Shown in pieces: positions 36,447 through 45,730 of a stretch of 64,000 nucleotides of DNA. Below the pieces are notes generated by a model. The model ran no database searches. It worked only from the letters and a program-made list of their open reading frames with translations, and was not told the origin of the DNA. The stretch is from a virus, in the IMG/VR virus record IMGVR_UViG_3300042934_000547, positions 1-64,000 of that record, one strand, 5' to 3'. The position numbers were made by a program, and so were the translations under genes. Position 1 is the stretch's first letter; each line of letters begins with the position of its first letter.

Positions 36447-38558
36447 ATGAGTCTGTTAAACTATTATCCGTTAAACGGAAATGGCAATGATGTAGCTATG
36501 AACTATGGATTCTATATAGATCCAGATTCGCTAACTTACGTTGATTTTGGTATTGGCAAAGGTGTAAATAGTGATATGATAATCGGGGAGCCACAAAGTC
36601 AATATAATATCAATATTAATGAATTTTGTATTTCATTCCTCTATAAATTTCCAAGCGATATACCAGTAGATGGCGGACAAATATTTTTTAGTGGTAATGT
36701 TGGTATAGTTTGTTATCCTGATAAAATTGAAGTTTATAAAGGATTCGAATACGAGCATGGTTCTGAGAATACCCCATTTACAAAAATGGAATACACAGGT
36801 ATATCATTGAGTGATTCTATTCAATTTTTTACAGTTGGATATGATGAAGATAATGTGCATTTATTCATGAATGGTAAGCACATACAGAGTATGCCTAATA
36901 CAATAAAAAGTGAACCCATAAGATTATTCGGGTTTATAAATATTGGGGTGGTGAGTAATATTTGGACATATGATGAATTTCCGTCTGATAAAATTATTAT
37001 GGAGATGTATAAAAATAAACTTTTCCAGTATGATTTTGATGTGAATTTAAATATGTATCCAAATATGTTAAATAAAGTAAAAAATGGTAATACTGAACGA
37101 GGAATTTTATATTGGGAATGTGGGATTGATAATATATTAGAAGAATCTTATATTAACCATGGAAATCAATCCATTAAGTTCTTTAAGTTGTCCAGAGATA
37201 TAGGAACTGGGGTTTCTATGAAACAAACAGTAACTGATTTGGATTCTTTAAAGAGTTACTGGTTAACTTATAATGAATTCGATTCAAATGCGAATATCAT
37301 CGTTCATAGAGAAATTCTTATAAGCAATGTATCAACATATGATGTTATTATAACATCAGAAAACAGTGAATTGCTTATAAATGAGATTATGGTTAATGAG
37401 ATGCAATCCATTCCATATATATCATATATACCAGCCGAATATGTTACAAACGAGATACAAGTACGCCCATGTGATATTAGTCAAATTGAATCACAAATTC
37501 AATTAACACCGAATGTACCTATATGGGATAAAAAAGGATTTTATGGTGATGGCTCCTTAAAATTAGAAAATTCAAAAATTATATTTCCAACTGGATTACA
37601 ATTATTGGGTGGAAGTTATATAATCAAATCGACATGTATGTTTACTAAATTTGCAACTAATACACCGTTGATGTTATTTCATTTAGGAGATGCTATTCCG
37701 ATATCATTATCAATTGTATCAGGTAATTTAATGCTAGGTGATGTAAATTTGAATCATACTCTGGATTTAAATGTTTGGTATTCATTCACGATAGTAGTCA
37801 TAAATGCAGCAGAGATGAAACTCTACATTAATGATATGCTTATCGGTACATATGCATTTCCTATGTCATGTTTCAGAATAAAAAATTTCGGATTTAATGA
37901 TGAACCAGATTGTACTGGATTAATAGATGAAATATCAATGTATTATCATCACAAACTATTATCCGAAGCTGAGATTAATGAGATGTATTTGGATAGTGAA
38001 TTGGTGGCAGTAATCGATAATAATGGCGGCATATGGGCAAAGGGGTTTACTCAACAAAGAGGTAATATTGGAGATGTGAAGTTAGCTGTAGATGCTGATA
38101 AACGAATTCTAAACCTACCTCAATTACGTGAAGTTGGTAGAAACAGTCGTTATATTAGGGTAATATGTGATGATACTGTTGATACTATAACGCCTAGATT
38201 TATGGAAATTAGTAAAATTGAATGTGTGGTTGATGGTAATATAATAAAGACTATTTACGGTACTCATATTTCAAATGAATCTGGAGAATTGATACTAGAA
38301 TTTGATTTGGGTGCAGTTTATAACGTGGAAATATTTAGAGTTTACTTCAATGCATATACCAACACAACTGAATATGTCAATAAAAGATTTTCTGTAAGTG
38401 TTGATAATGATAAATGGAGCTCCAATTATTATCCACATGATACTAAATCTAAAACCGAACAAGTTAATGTTCCAACAGAATTCCTAATGTATGATAACAT
38501 AGTACATGTTGATGGAGATTCAAATATAACAAATGCTTATAAAGTTTATAAATTGTAA
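36447..38558 (+). CDS. LamG (concanavalin-like) + discoidin-like receptor-binding protein
   Basis: MSLLNYYPLNGNGNDV is a LamG_3-type start. LIDEISMYYHHKLLSEAEINEMY is a LamG end motif. C-terminal RYIRV..., FDLGAVYNVEIFRVYF and SVSVDNDKWS are F5/8-type-C-like. Confidence 0.7.
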   Translation: MSLLNYYPLNGNGNDVAMNYGFYIDPDSLTYVDFGIGKGVNSDMIIGEPQSQYNININEFCISFLYKFPSDIPVDGGQIFFSGNVGIVCYPDKIEVYKGFEYEHGSENTPFTKMEYTGISLSDSIQFFTVGYDEDNVHLFMNGKHIQSMPNTIKSEPIRLFGFINIGVVSNIWTYDEFPSDKIIMEMYKNKLFQYDFDVNLNMYPNMLNKVKNGNTERGILYWECGIDNILEESYINHGNQSIKFFKLSRDIGTGVSMKQTVTDLDSLKSYWLTYNEFDSNANIIVHREILISNVSTYDVIITSENSELLINEIMVNEMQSIPYISYIPAEYVTNEIQVRPCDISQIESQIQLTPNVPIWDKKGFYGDGSLKLENSKIIFPTGLQLLGGSYIIKSTCMFTKFATNTPLMLFHLGDAIPISLSIVSGNLMLGDVNLNHTLDLNVWYSFTIVVINAAEMKLYINDMLIGTYAFPMSCFRIKNFGFNDEPDCTGLIDEISMYYHHKLLSEAEINEMYLDSELVAVIDNNGGIWAKGFTQQRGNIGDVKLAVDADKRILNLPQLREVGRNSRYIRVICDDTVDTITPRFMEISKIECVVDGNIIKTIYGTHISNESGELILEFDLGAVYNVEIFRVYFNAYTNTTEYVNKRFSVSVDNDKWSSNYYPHDTKSKTEQVNVPTEFLMYDNIVHVDGDSNITNAYKVYKL

Positions 38559-38566
38559 AAAAAAAA

Positions 38567-38592
38567 TAGAGTAGACTTATAAGTCTACTCTA
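38567..38592. terminator. 26-nt perfect palindrome terminator
   Basis: TAGAGTAGACTTA|TAAGTCTACTCTA preceded by an A-run. The minus-gene stop lies inside it. Confidence 0.7.
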
Positions 38593-38965
38593 AATTTAAT
38601 TCATATTTTTTCATCATCTCTTGATTTACCACATCAACTGAAGCAGCTGAGTCCATCTTCACAAATCCAAATTTTTCAACAATCTCATCATCTAAATAAG
38701 TAAAATAAATTATTGACTTAGCTTGTATTGTTGATAAAGTTTCTTTAATAAACTTTTTAACAACTGCACAATCTTCATCAGTTAATTCATCCATGAGTGT
38801 ATAGTTAAATACTAATTTGCCATCATGGTTTTTACCGATGAATATGTCTCCAAGATATTTTTTATTTATACCATTTTGGTCAACTTCCATGATACCATAC
38901 ATATACGTGTATTGTGAATCATCACCTGTTTGATTATTTAATTCATTTTTAATTACAGCTATCAT
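38585..38965 (-). CDS. hypothetical protein (126 aa)
   Basis: AAGGAGGAA RBS. Confidence 0.6.
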   Translation of the reverse strand: MIAVIKNELNNQTGDDSQYTYMYGIMEVDQNGINKKYLGDIFIGKNHDGKLVFNYTLMDELTDEDCAVVKKFIKETLSTIQAKSIIYFTYLDDEIVEKFGFVKMDSAASVDVVNQEMMKKYELNLE

Positions 38966-38996
38966 TATTATTCCTCCTTATTTAAAATAATATTAA

Positions 38997-39019
38997 AGGG
39001 AAGAAATTTAATCTTCCCT
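38997..39019 (-). terminator. hairpin terminator
   Basis: AGGGAAGA-aatttaa-TCTTCCCT, followed on the minus strand by TTAATATTATTTT. Confidence 0.55.
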
Positions 39020-39053
39020 CAATATATTGTTTACCGGGTATTAATTTTTGTAA

Positions 39054-39410
39054 CTAGCCGATTGAACCTGTTCTTATCTTATGATATTTCACAAGGAAAT
39101 CAGGGTTATTATCAGCAAATACTGCCATTTGATGATTTAATAAGAGATAGATTATATCTGTATAGATTGCATCTATTTCTTCTGCTGTTAATTTTTCAGC
39201 ACCATCCCATGAATAAACACGGTCTTCTGTGAATCCATCATAAAGCTTGGATAGTTCCTCAAATGTACGACCATGTTGGTTAACGCAGTATACAACAAAC
39301 ATAGATGCCGCAACACCTAAATCTGGACAGTCAAGAGCTTCTCTCTTTTTACGTATAGCGATTAAATATGGTTTATATTTTTCTATAAACTGTGCTTTCG
39401 TCATTTTCAT
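39054..39410 (-). CDS. hypothetical protein (118 aa)
   Basis: AAGGAGGAA RBS 6 nt before ATG 39410; the track TTG at 39416 is too close to the RBS. Confidence 0.6.
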   Translation of the reverse strand: MKMTKAQFIEKYKPYLIAIRKKREALDCPDLGVAASMFVVYCVNQHGRTFEELSKLYDGFTEDRVYSWDGAEKLTAEEIDAIYTDIIYLLLNHQMAVFADNNPDFLVKYHKIRTGSIG

Positions 39411-39528
39411 AAACAATTCCTCCTTAGGATTTAATTACAATAATGTTGAAAATAATAACTATATATTTGATATCTTTATATTAAGTTAAACTATAATATA
39501 ATGATTTCGATATAGGAGGAAATATGAT

Positions 39529-40905
39529 ATGAAACATTTAGTTATATTGGATTCTAGTTTTGGTATGAATACGGTTGGTCATCAAAGTCCAGAACTAGAA
39601 GATGGTAGACGCATTAAAGAAAATACATTTAATAGAAGTGTAGTAAGAAAAATTGATGCCATATTAGAGCATTATCAGGATATAGACGTAGTGATATTAA
39701 ATGGCGAGAAAACAGAAATCACTAACGAAGAAAAACGGTCTAGAGCTAATCTGGTTATAAATTCATTTGAAAGAAATCATGGGTTTACTGGAAAACAGGT
39801 ACTAGTATCAGTAACTACTGGTATTACCAATTCATTATTATGGACAAATGAAGGTGGAACATTGATTAAATATTTTGGTAACCCAACTGGATTTCCAGAA
39901 TTGATGCATGACTCGTTACACCATTACACTCAATTGGAAGATAAAGGATTAATTACAATAACTAATTCACCGTTATTGCACCTTAAACCTTCCGGAGTAA
40001 TATGTCAATGTGCTTACATAGACAATAAAAAAGAATTGAATCTGATACTTAGTGACACCTTCAAAGCACAGTGTGCCGAAGGTATGGTAGATGCAATTTT
40101 GAAATACTTCGAGATTGAGAAGACTCATCCACTCACAATCGAAAGAGATCTATATAAGGCTCCGGTAGTTGAACCACCTAAAGTTGACACAAAGGTTAAC
40201 CTAGAAGTGACACCTACTAATACTTATATAATGAGTGGTGATCCACTATTATTATCTATGGAATTGATTAATTCTAAAATATCTAGATTAGAATACAAAA
40301 ATGCTGTTAACGGTGTTAGCGAACGAGTTGTTGCTAGTGAAAATAAGATTAACCAGATTTATCAAAACGATATACTTGTAATTGACGGAAAGGTTATAAA
40401 TAATCAAGCTGCAAATTTTAGCAAATTTGGTTCTCCACAAGGAGTATTTGTAATCTATAATTCAGGTCTTATCGAGTTGAAACGTTATAAACGTGCTGAA
40501 GAAATAGTAAACCTAGCTGATGTTAGATTAGCTGTTGGTGGTGTTAGTTTAGTGAATAGATTTGATAATAGATTCAAGTTTAATCCAAGTTTAGAGGGAT
40601 ATAAGATCGGAATTGCTAGAGATACCGGAGAAGAAGTTGATACTACTGGTATATTAAAATCTGGTAAGAAAACTATTCTTGGATACAATAAAAAGAAAAA
40701 TCTTATTTATCTAATTTGTAAAGCTGACATAGCCATCACAAGTGAAAATAAAGACGACGTTACTTTATCAAAACTGGCTTTAGATTACGGTTGTGATATA
40801 GCTATAGCTGTAGGTAATGCTGGATTTATGATAAATAACGGTAATTTTGTTTTTAAATCTGATGACCAAGATATAGAAACAGGTAATGTATTAGTATTTA
40901 AATAA
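39529..40905 (+). CDS. putative cell-wall hydrolase: amidase-like N-terminus + NAGPA/DUF2233-like C-terminus (tentative)
   Basis: The N-terminal LVILDSSFGMNTVGHQSP..ENTFNRSVVRKIDAIL layout recalls MurNAc-LAA, but the GHGG motif is absent. C-terminal VIDGKVIN...LAVGGVSLVN...TILGYNKKKNLIYLICKAD...LALDYGCDIAIAVGNAG follows the NAGPA domain order. Confidence 0.4.
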   Translation: MKHLVILDSSFGMNTVGHQSPELEDGRRIKENTFNRSVVRKIDAILEHYQDIDVVILNGEKTEITNEEKRSRANLVINSFERNHGFTGKQVLVSVTTGITNSLLWTNEGGTLIKYFGNPTGFPELMHDSLHHYTQLEDKGLITITNSPLLHLKPSGVICQCAYIDNKKELNLILSDTFKAQCAEGMVDAILKYFEIEKTHPLTIERDLYKAPVVEPPKVDTKVNLEVTPTNTYIMSGDPLLLSMELINSKISRLEYKNAVNGVSERVVASENKINQIYQNDILVIDGKVINNQAANFSKFGSPQGVFVIYNSGLIELKRYKRAEEIVNLADVRLAVGGVSLVNRFDNRFKFNPSLEGYKIGIARDTGEEVDTTGILKSGKKTILGYNKKKNLIYLICKADIAITSENKDDVTLSKLALDYGCDIAIAVGNAGFMINNGNFVFKSDDQDIETGNVLVFK

Positions 40906-40911
40906 AAAAGA

Positions 40912-40935
40912 AGAGTAGGAATTAATTCCTACTCT
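40912..40935. terminator. bidirectional palindromic terminator
   Basis: AGAGTAGGAATTAATTCCTACTCT flanked by an A-run and GTATTTTATTT. Confidence 0.75.
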
Positions 40936-41599
40936 GTATTTTATTTCTTGTCAAAAATTCAAGTAACAGTTTATTTAACTCAAAGTTTACTGCTGAAAGG
41001 GTATCTTTTATTAGAACTGATTTTTGCGGTACACCATTTAACATGATTTCATTATTATATCTATCCACTCGTTTTATTGCAATGGAATTACCATTAAAGT
41101 GTATCACCTCGGCGGTACGGCTATCAAGCATTGCAAACTGATGTAATATATCTTTCGATATCCTTATCAATAAGCCAAATTTATCTGCTTTATCGTCATC
41201 CTCATCAGTTAATTCATCTGCATTCTCTAATAATACGACTTTATCTTCTGTCTTTGATGTCACGGGTTGAATATCATTTCCTGAACCTATCAACCATTCA
41301 TTGATAACTACAGGATCATTCTTATAATTTCCGCTCACATTCATAAATTGTATCAAACAATTATCAGTAATATTTGACAATATAAACATAGCTATTCTGC
41401 CCATAACAATATCGAGTGTACATTTTTCACCATCGGTTTTCAAATCACCCACAATAAATTGTGGTTCCAGTGTTCTTTTAACCCCCAGTGTTTCTATTTT
41501 TGACTCACTTGCAATACCAATTGCTGTCTGTTTATCTAATCCAATAATACTGTATATTTCTTTCAAATAATTTAGTATCTCTTGTAATTGTTTTATCAT
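40922..41599 (-). CDS. paralog-family protein F1 (225 aa)
   Basis: Shares ..IAMFILSNI.. and ..INEWLIGSGNDIQPV.. blocks with the three upstream ORFs. Confidence 0.6.
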   Translation of the reverse strand: MIKQLQEILNYLKEIYSIIGLDKQTAIGIASESKIETLGVKRTLEPQFIVGDLKTDGEKCTLDIVMGRIAMFILSNITDNCLIQFMNVSGNYKNDPVVINEWLIGSGNDIQPVTSKTEDKVVLLENADELTDEDDDKADKFGLLIRISKDILHQFAMLDSRTAEVIHFNGNSIAIKRVDRYNNEIMLNGVPQKSVLIKDTLSAVNFELNKLLLEFLTRNKIQSRN

Positions 41600-41982
41600 T
41601 TATCGATTTCTCCTCTATTTATTTCTATAACTGTGCTCTTTCTTCCATCAGCTACTATTATATATGGGTCTTCTGGATATTCATATATCACCGTATCCTC
41701 ATTTTTCATCACAATACGAACCGCATGAATGTTATTCATTACGTTTGAAATTAAGAATAGAGAAACTCTACTATATATATTATCATGTATAGAGCTTGAA
41801 TCATTAATATCATCATCAATGAAAAAGTATCCATCTACATGTTTTGTTATTTTCATTTCTTTAGTGATGAAATTGGATTTATTATCGTACATTACCTGTA
41901 CAAAAATAGATTTATTAGGTTCTATATCATCCATAGTAGAACTTAATTTTGATATAATATCATATGTTTTAATTGTTATCAT
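41596..41982 (-). CDS. paralog-family protein F2 (128 aa)
   Basis: RVSLFLISNVMNN block. TAGGAGG RBS. ATGA overlap with F1. Confidence 0.6.
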   Translation of the reverse strand: MITIKTYDIISKLSSTMDDIEPNKSIFVQVMYDNKSNFITKEMKITKHVDGYFFIDDDINDSSSIHDNIYSRVSLFLISNVMNNIHAVRIVMKNEDTVIYEYPEDPYIIVADGRKSTVIEINRGEIDK

Positions 41983-42002
41983 AAATGCCTCCTAAAGTTA
42001 AT

Positions 42003-42419
42003 TTAAATCCATGAAGTAAGCCCAATATTCTGCTCAGGTTCTTTCGATCTATACTTTCTAAGCAAGAATAATTGACGTGGAACATTGTTTGGATTACTAT
42101 GTGGTTCAATAAACCAATACGATAAATCCATCTTTGAATCGCTAACTTCTCGTTGTGTACTAAGAACTACAGAATAGCTGCGTAATTCAAAAATGTTTCT
42201 AATCATAAATAATGACGCTTGTGCAATTACCCCAGATTTAGTATATTCTATATTATTGATTTTATATAAATCGTCAGTTTCTTTGAATACTGAAAACCCA
42301 ATAATTTCTTCTGGTGTCATCGATTTAATTGTAATATCCATAGTAGCACCATTCATAATTGTTTCTATGTTATCCCCTACTGCTACTACTATTTTTTGTA
42401 TTTGATCTAGATGTGCCAT
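42003..42419 (-). CDS. paralog-family protein F3 (138 aa)
   Basis: QASLFMIRNIFE and LSYWFIEPHSNPNNVP blocks. AAGGAGAA RBS. Confidence 0.6.
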   Translation of the reverse strand: MAHLDQIQKIVVAVGDNIETIMNGATMDITIKSMTPEEIIGFSVFKETDDLYKINNIEYTKSGVIAQASLFMIRNIFELRSYSVVLSTQREVSDSKMDLSYWFIEPHSNPNNVPRQLFLLRKYRSKEPEQNIGLTSWI

Positions 42420-42439
42420 TTAATTTCTCCTTATGAAAA

Positions 42440-43081
42440 TTAGATACTCATATTAAATTCATCGGATTCATCAAATACAAATGTCTCCATTATTGTATTT
42501 AGAATTCGTTTCTTAATATCCCAATCATCGAGAACTTCTTCCCAATCATCGACAGTAAATCCATCCGGACATGTTTTTTGGATGTATAATATAGTTTCAC
42601 CGACACTACTCTTTACTGTAAATTTGACAGTTTCGTTGATATTCATATCAGCAAGTGTTTGGTGTAATTCATACATACCTTCCACTAATGCCTTCCCTCG
42701 ATTGATAATTAGTGATTGAGTTATATCTGATACTGGAACATCTTCATTTCCATCTTGCGGTGAACATATAAATTTCCATTCAGATATACTATCAATTGGG
42801 CGTCGTGTTAATAATCGTATGAATATTTCACACTCAGTTTTTTGGATTTTAATATAGGAATGTATAAATTCATTTATTTTATCCTGCAATTCAACACTGA
42901 ATACTCCATGATCTAAATCACCAAAATTTATTGTAAATGTATCGGTATTCAATTTACAAATATCCATATAACCCTTAACCATATTTGGATTACCTATAGT
43001 TAATGTCACTTCTTTACGATTTGCCATATTTTTTAAATATTCATTAACTTGTTCTATAATTTCTTTAATTTTTTCTTCCAT
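42440..43081 (-). CDS. paralog-family protein F4 (213 aa)
   Basis: ISEWKFICSPQDGNEDVP block, aligned to F1/F3. TAGGAGGAAA RBS. Confidence 0.6.
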   Translation of the reverse strand: MEEKIKEIIEQVNEYLKNMANRKEVTLTIGNPNMVKGYMDICKLNTDTFTINFGDLDHGVFSVELQDKINEFIHSYIKIQKTECEIFIRLLTRRPIDSISEWKFICSPQDGNEDVPVSDITQSLIINRGKALVEGMYELHQTLADMNINETVKFTVKSSVGETILYIQKTCPDGFTVDDWEEVLDDWDIKKRILNTIMETFVFDESDEFNMSI

Positions 43082-43092
43082 TTTATTTCCTC

Positions 43093-43473
43093 CTATTGAT
43101 AGATGTCAAATCTCATCCAATTATTGTATTTGTAACCAAAATTACATCTCAATTTTTTACCCTTAAATAAATAAGAGTTATTAAAGTATTCTCTAATAGC
43201 GTCGACTAATTTAAAGAAGTCAATTTCATCCTTATCCTTTATCTTAAAGGATATTGTTAATAATTTAGGATTACTAGTTAGTTTATAAAACTTAATTCTA
43301 GCATTTAAAATATTAGAATCGAATTCCTGTATTTTAGACTGTTCAATATCTAATAATACATAAGTTGGATTATCAATAACATCTGATTTACCCATATGAC
43401 CGTTCATATATTTCCAAAATCCGGCTTTAATATTATAGACATCTTGTTTGGATATCTTCATCTGTTGGTCCAT
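43093..43473 (-). CDS. hypothetical protein (126 aa)
   Basis: Start moved to ATG 43473 (MDQQMKISK) behind AAGGAGGAAATA. Track start 43515 has no RBS. Confidence 0.55.
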   Translation of the reverse strand: MDQQMKISKQDVYNIKAGFWKYMNGHMGKSDVIDNPTYVLLDIEQSKIQEFDSNILNARIKFYKLTSNPKLLTISFKIKDKDEIDFFKLVDAIREYFNNSYLFKGKKLRCNFGYKYNNWMRFDIYQ

Positions 43474-43569
43474 TATTTCCTCCTTACTTCTCACAGCATC
43501 ATAGCTAATAGACATTAGTGAGTTATTATTCTATCTGAAGAATAATATCAAATACAATTATTTTATCTA

Positions 43570-43590
43570 TCATAGTTATAATATATACTT
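43570..43590 (-). promoter_or_regulatory. phage promoter-like motif (copy 8)
   Basis: Gene-strand AAGTATATATTATAACTATGA, just downstream of terminator 43615-43638. Confidence 0.55.
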
Positions 43591-43614
43591 AAAATTTTCT
43601 AGTTTTACAAAGAA

Positions 43615-43638
43615 AAGAGTAGAAATTAATCTACTCTT
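43615..43638 (-). terminator. palindromic terminator
   Basis: AAGAGTAGA-aattaa-TCTACTCTT. The stop of the upstream gene lies inside the stem. Confidence 0.6.
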
Positions 43639-44752
43639 ATTTATGATCAAATATAATAGTAACTGTATTGTCTGGATGAATTTTAATCGTGATAAATAAT
43701 CTTGTTTGTTCATTAATGATCATACCTGTACCATCATCAAGTGTTTTCATTATGCATTGTGAGAATTTTATTTCATTATGCTCAGTTATTTTTGCCATTA
43801 AATCATCTCTCTGCATTATATCCCTAATCTCAACATCCGAACACCCTAAAGCATATAACCAGTCAGGTTCTACCTGAATAATTTGTGTCCATGCTGTGAT
43901 ATTCGGTAAAAGTTCAGCTCTAAGGATTCCCCCAGAATTTTTATAGGTCACTGAATGAACCCTGTGTGAGAAATTCATTTCCTTTGCAACCTCAACTGGT
44001 ACCTTTATAGTATCTGGTAACATTAAGAATTTATTAACGTTATCAAAATACTTTGATAACATAATTCCTATTAATGGTATAGGAATATATTCTTGAATAC
44101 GATAGAATGCAAATAGATTTTTAATAACAAAATCTCTATTAATTTCGTGCCCGTCAATAATCATCATAACTTCTTCATTATCTAATATAGCTATTGTATT
44201 TATTTTGTCATTATCAAAATATGTCACATGAAGTCTTAATTTATGATCGTAACCAATACGTATATCATAATTATCCACAATATGATTATCTCTTGTATTT
44301 ATTATAAATTGCACTGGTGATGACATAAGTGCTCTTTTCTTTATATCATACCATTTTTTCTTCTCATAAACCGCATAAACAACATGCATTGTGCTCAATA
44401 ATGAACTACCGAATATTTGTTTATACATCTCAGATAGAACTGATTCAACAAATCTGTATGCATTAATTTCCATTAGATTCATTTCATCGCCAATATTCAT
44501 TAACAAAGCTTGTTTATGATGCGAATCTTTTAACGTTTTAGTTATAAGAATCATTTTAAGACGCATTGATGGTGATTTTATGTAATACATATTAGTGAAT
44601 TCGTGAAAATCCACGTAACTAAACTTTTCACAACGGTGCTGTCTCAATAAATTATTTGCGAATTCTGGATCGATTTCTGTATAACTTAAATCAAATCCTA
44701 TGTTTTTAATTTTACACTCCTCATATCTCGGTGTTATGTATATTGCAGCCAT
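43637..44752 (-). CDS. hypothetical protein (371 aa)
   Basis: Start moved to ATG 44752 (MAAIYITPRY) behind AAGGGAGAA. Confidence 0.6.
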   Translation of the reverse strand: MAAIYITPRYEECKIKNIGFDLSYTEIDPEFANNLLRQHRCEKFSYVDFHEFTNMYYIKSPSMRLKMILITKTLKDSHHKQALLMNIGDEMNLMEINAYRFVESVLSEMYKQIFGSSLLSTMHVVYAVYEKKKWYDIKKRALMSSPVQFIINTRDNHIVDNYDIRIGYDHKLRLHVTYFDNDKINTIAILDNEEVMMIIDGHEINRDFVIKNLFAFYRIQEYIPIPLIGIMLSKYFDNVNKFLMLPDTIKVPVEVAKEMNFSHRVHSVTYKNSGGILRAELLPNITAWTQIIQVEPDWLYALGCSDVEIRDIMQRDDLMAKITEHNEIKFSQCIMKTLDDGTGMIINEQTRLFITIKIHPDNTVTIIFDHK

Positions 44753-44765
44753 AGTTATTCTCCCT

Positions 44766-45002
44766 TTATCTATTTTTTGTTTGTGTAACCTCAATCTTGA
44801 TATTTTTTATAATCACATAAGTTATTACTGCGAGTATAACTGCGATAATTACTGAAGGTAGTAGAGCGTGTAATCTACCTAATTTCATAATCAAAAACTC
44901 AACACTAAATGATAATATCACATTTGCGAATATTAACGTTGTAATGAATACCAATAACCTGTTTCTTTCTTTATTCATTTTCTTTTTTCTATTATTTCCC
45001 AT
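44766..45002 (-). CDS. small membrane protein (two hydrophobic helices)
   Basis: MGNNRKKKMNKERNR then LLVFITTLIFANVILSF and ALLPSVIIAVILAVITYVII. Start at ATG 45002 behind GAGGAG. Confidence 0.55.
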   Translation of the reverse strand: MGNNRKKKMNKERNRLLVFITTLIFANVILSFSVEFLIMKLGRLHALLPSVIIAVILAVITYVIIKNIKIEVTQTKNR

Positions 45003-45015
45003 AGTTTTAATCTCC

Positions 45016-45399
45016 TCAATTACACTCGTATTTGATATTTTTATTTGTACCATAAACATGTAAATATTTTACCATAGTTTTAACAAATAATTGAAAATCT
45101 TCTTTAGTATATACAATAAATAATTGGTCTTCATCATATAAACCGTCTCGTGATGTATTCATATCAATTACTGGTATATTAATAGATGAGTCTTTTGTCA
45201 TCCCGTTTAATATATCATATCGTTCGCCAGAATCATCAAAATTTGGCTCAAATGTACAACTATTTACTACCCAATCAATACCATTTATATTTTCACAATT
45301 AATGGATAATTCTCCTTCAGTATTACCAAATTTGTCACATTTGATATACATAAATGGAGTTGGTAATTTTAAAAATTCGTTTCGCTTAACTATTTTCAT
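45016..45399 (-). CDS. hypothetical protein (127 aa)
   Basis: AGGGAGGGAAA RBS. First gene after promoter copy 9. Confidence 0.6.
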   Translation of the reverse strand: MKIVKRNEFLKLPTPFMYIKCDKFGNTEGELSINCENINGIDWVVNSCTFEPNFDDSGERYDILNGMTKDSSINIPVIDMNTSRDGLYDEDQLFIVYTKEDFQLFVKTMVKYLHVYGTNKNIKYECN

Positions 45400-45422
45400 T
45401 TATTTCCCTCCCTATATTATTC

Positions 45423-45443
45423 TCATATTTATGATATATACTT
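45423..45443 (-). promoter_or_regulatory. phage promoter-like motif (copy 9)
   Basis: Gene-strand AAGTATATATCATAAATATGA, 24 nt upstream of ATG 45399. Confidence 0.5.
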
Positions 45444-45454
45444 ATAACGGATTT

Positions 45455-45730
45455 TTAAGGATGACAAATATTATTTTTGACTTTTTTCTTTTTTGGCTGC
45501 ATTTTCTTTCGTATCCACGAATTTTCATATAGTCTTTCGATAGTATAAACAATTTCTGTATTAACCTGTTTTGGAGACATTGGCATAACTACATAAAAAT
45601 CATCACCGAGAAGAAACCTAGTTAATTCATTGAGTGCTACTTGGGCATCCATAGGTGGACTACATATACCATAATCAAAATCTTGATTTTCTGTAAGAGA
45701 CAAAATTCTTTCAGCCGTTTCATCTTTCAT
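45455..45730 (-). CDS. hypothetical protein (91 aa)
   Basis: GTGAGGAA RBS. Confidence 0.55.
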   Translation of the reverse strand: MKDETAERILSLTENQDFDYGICSPPMDAQVALNELTRFLLGDDFYVVMPMSPKQVNTEIVYTIERLYENSWIRKKMQPKKKKVKNNICHP

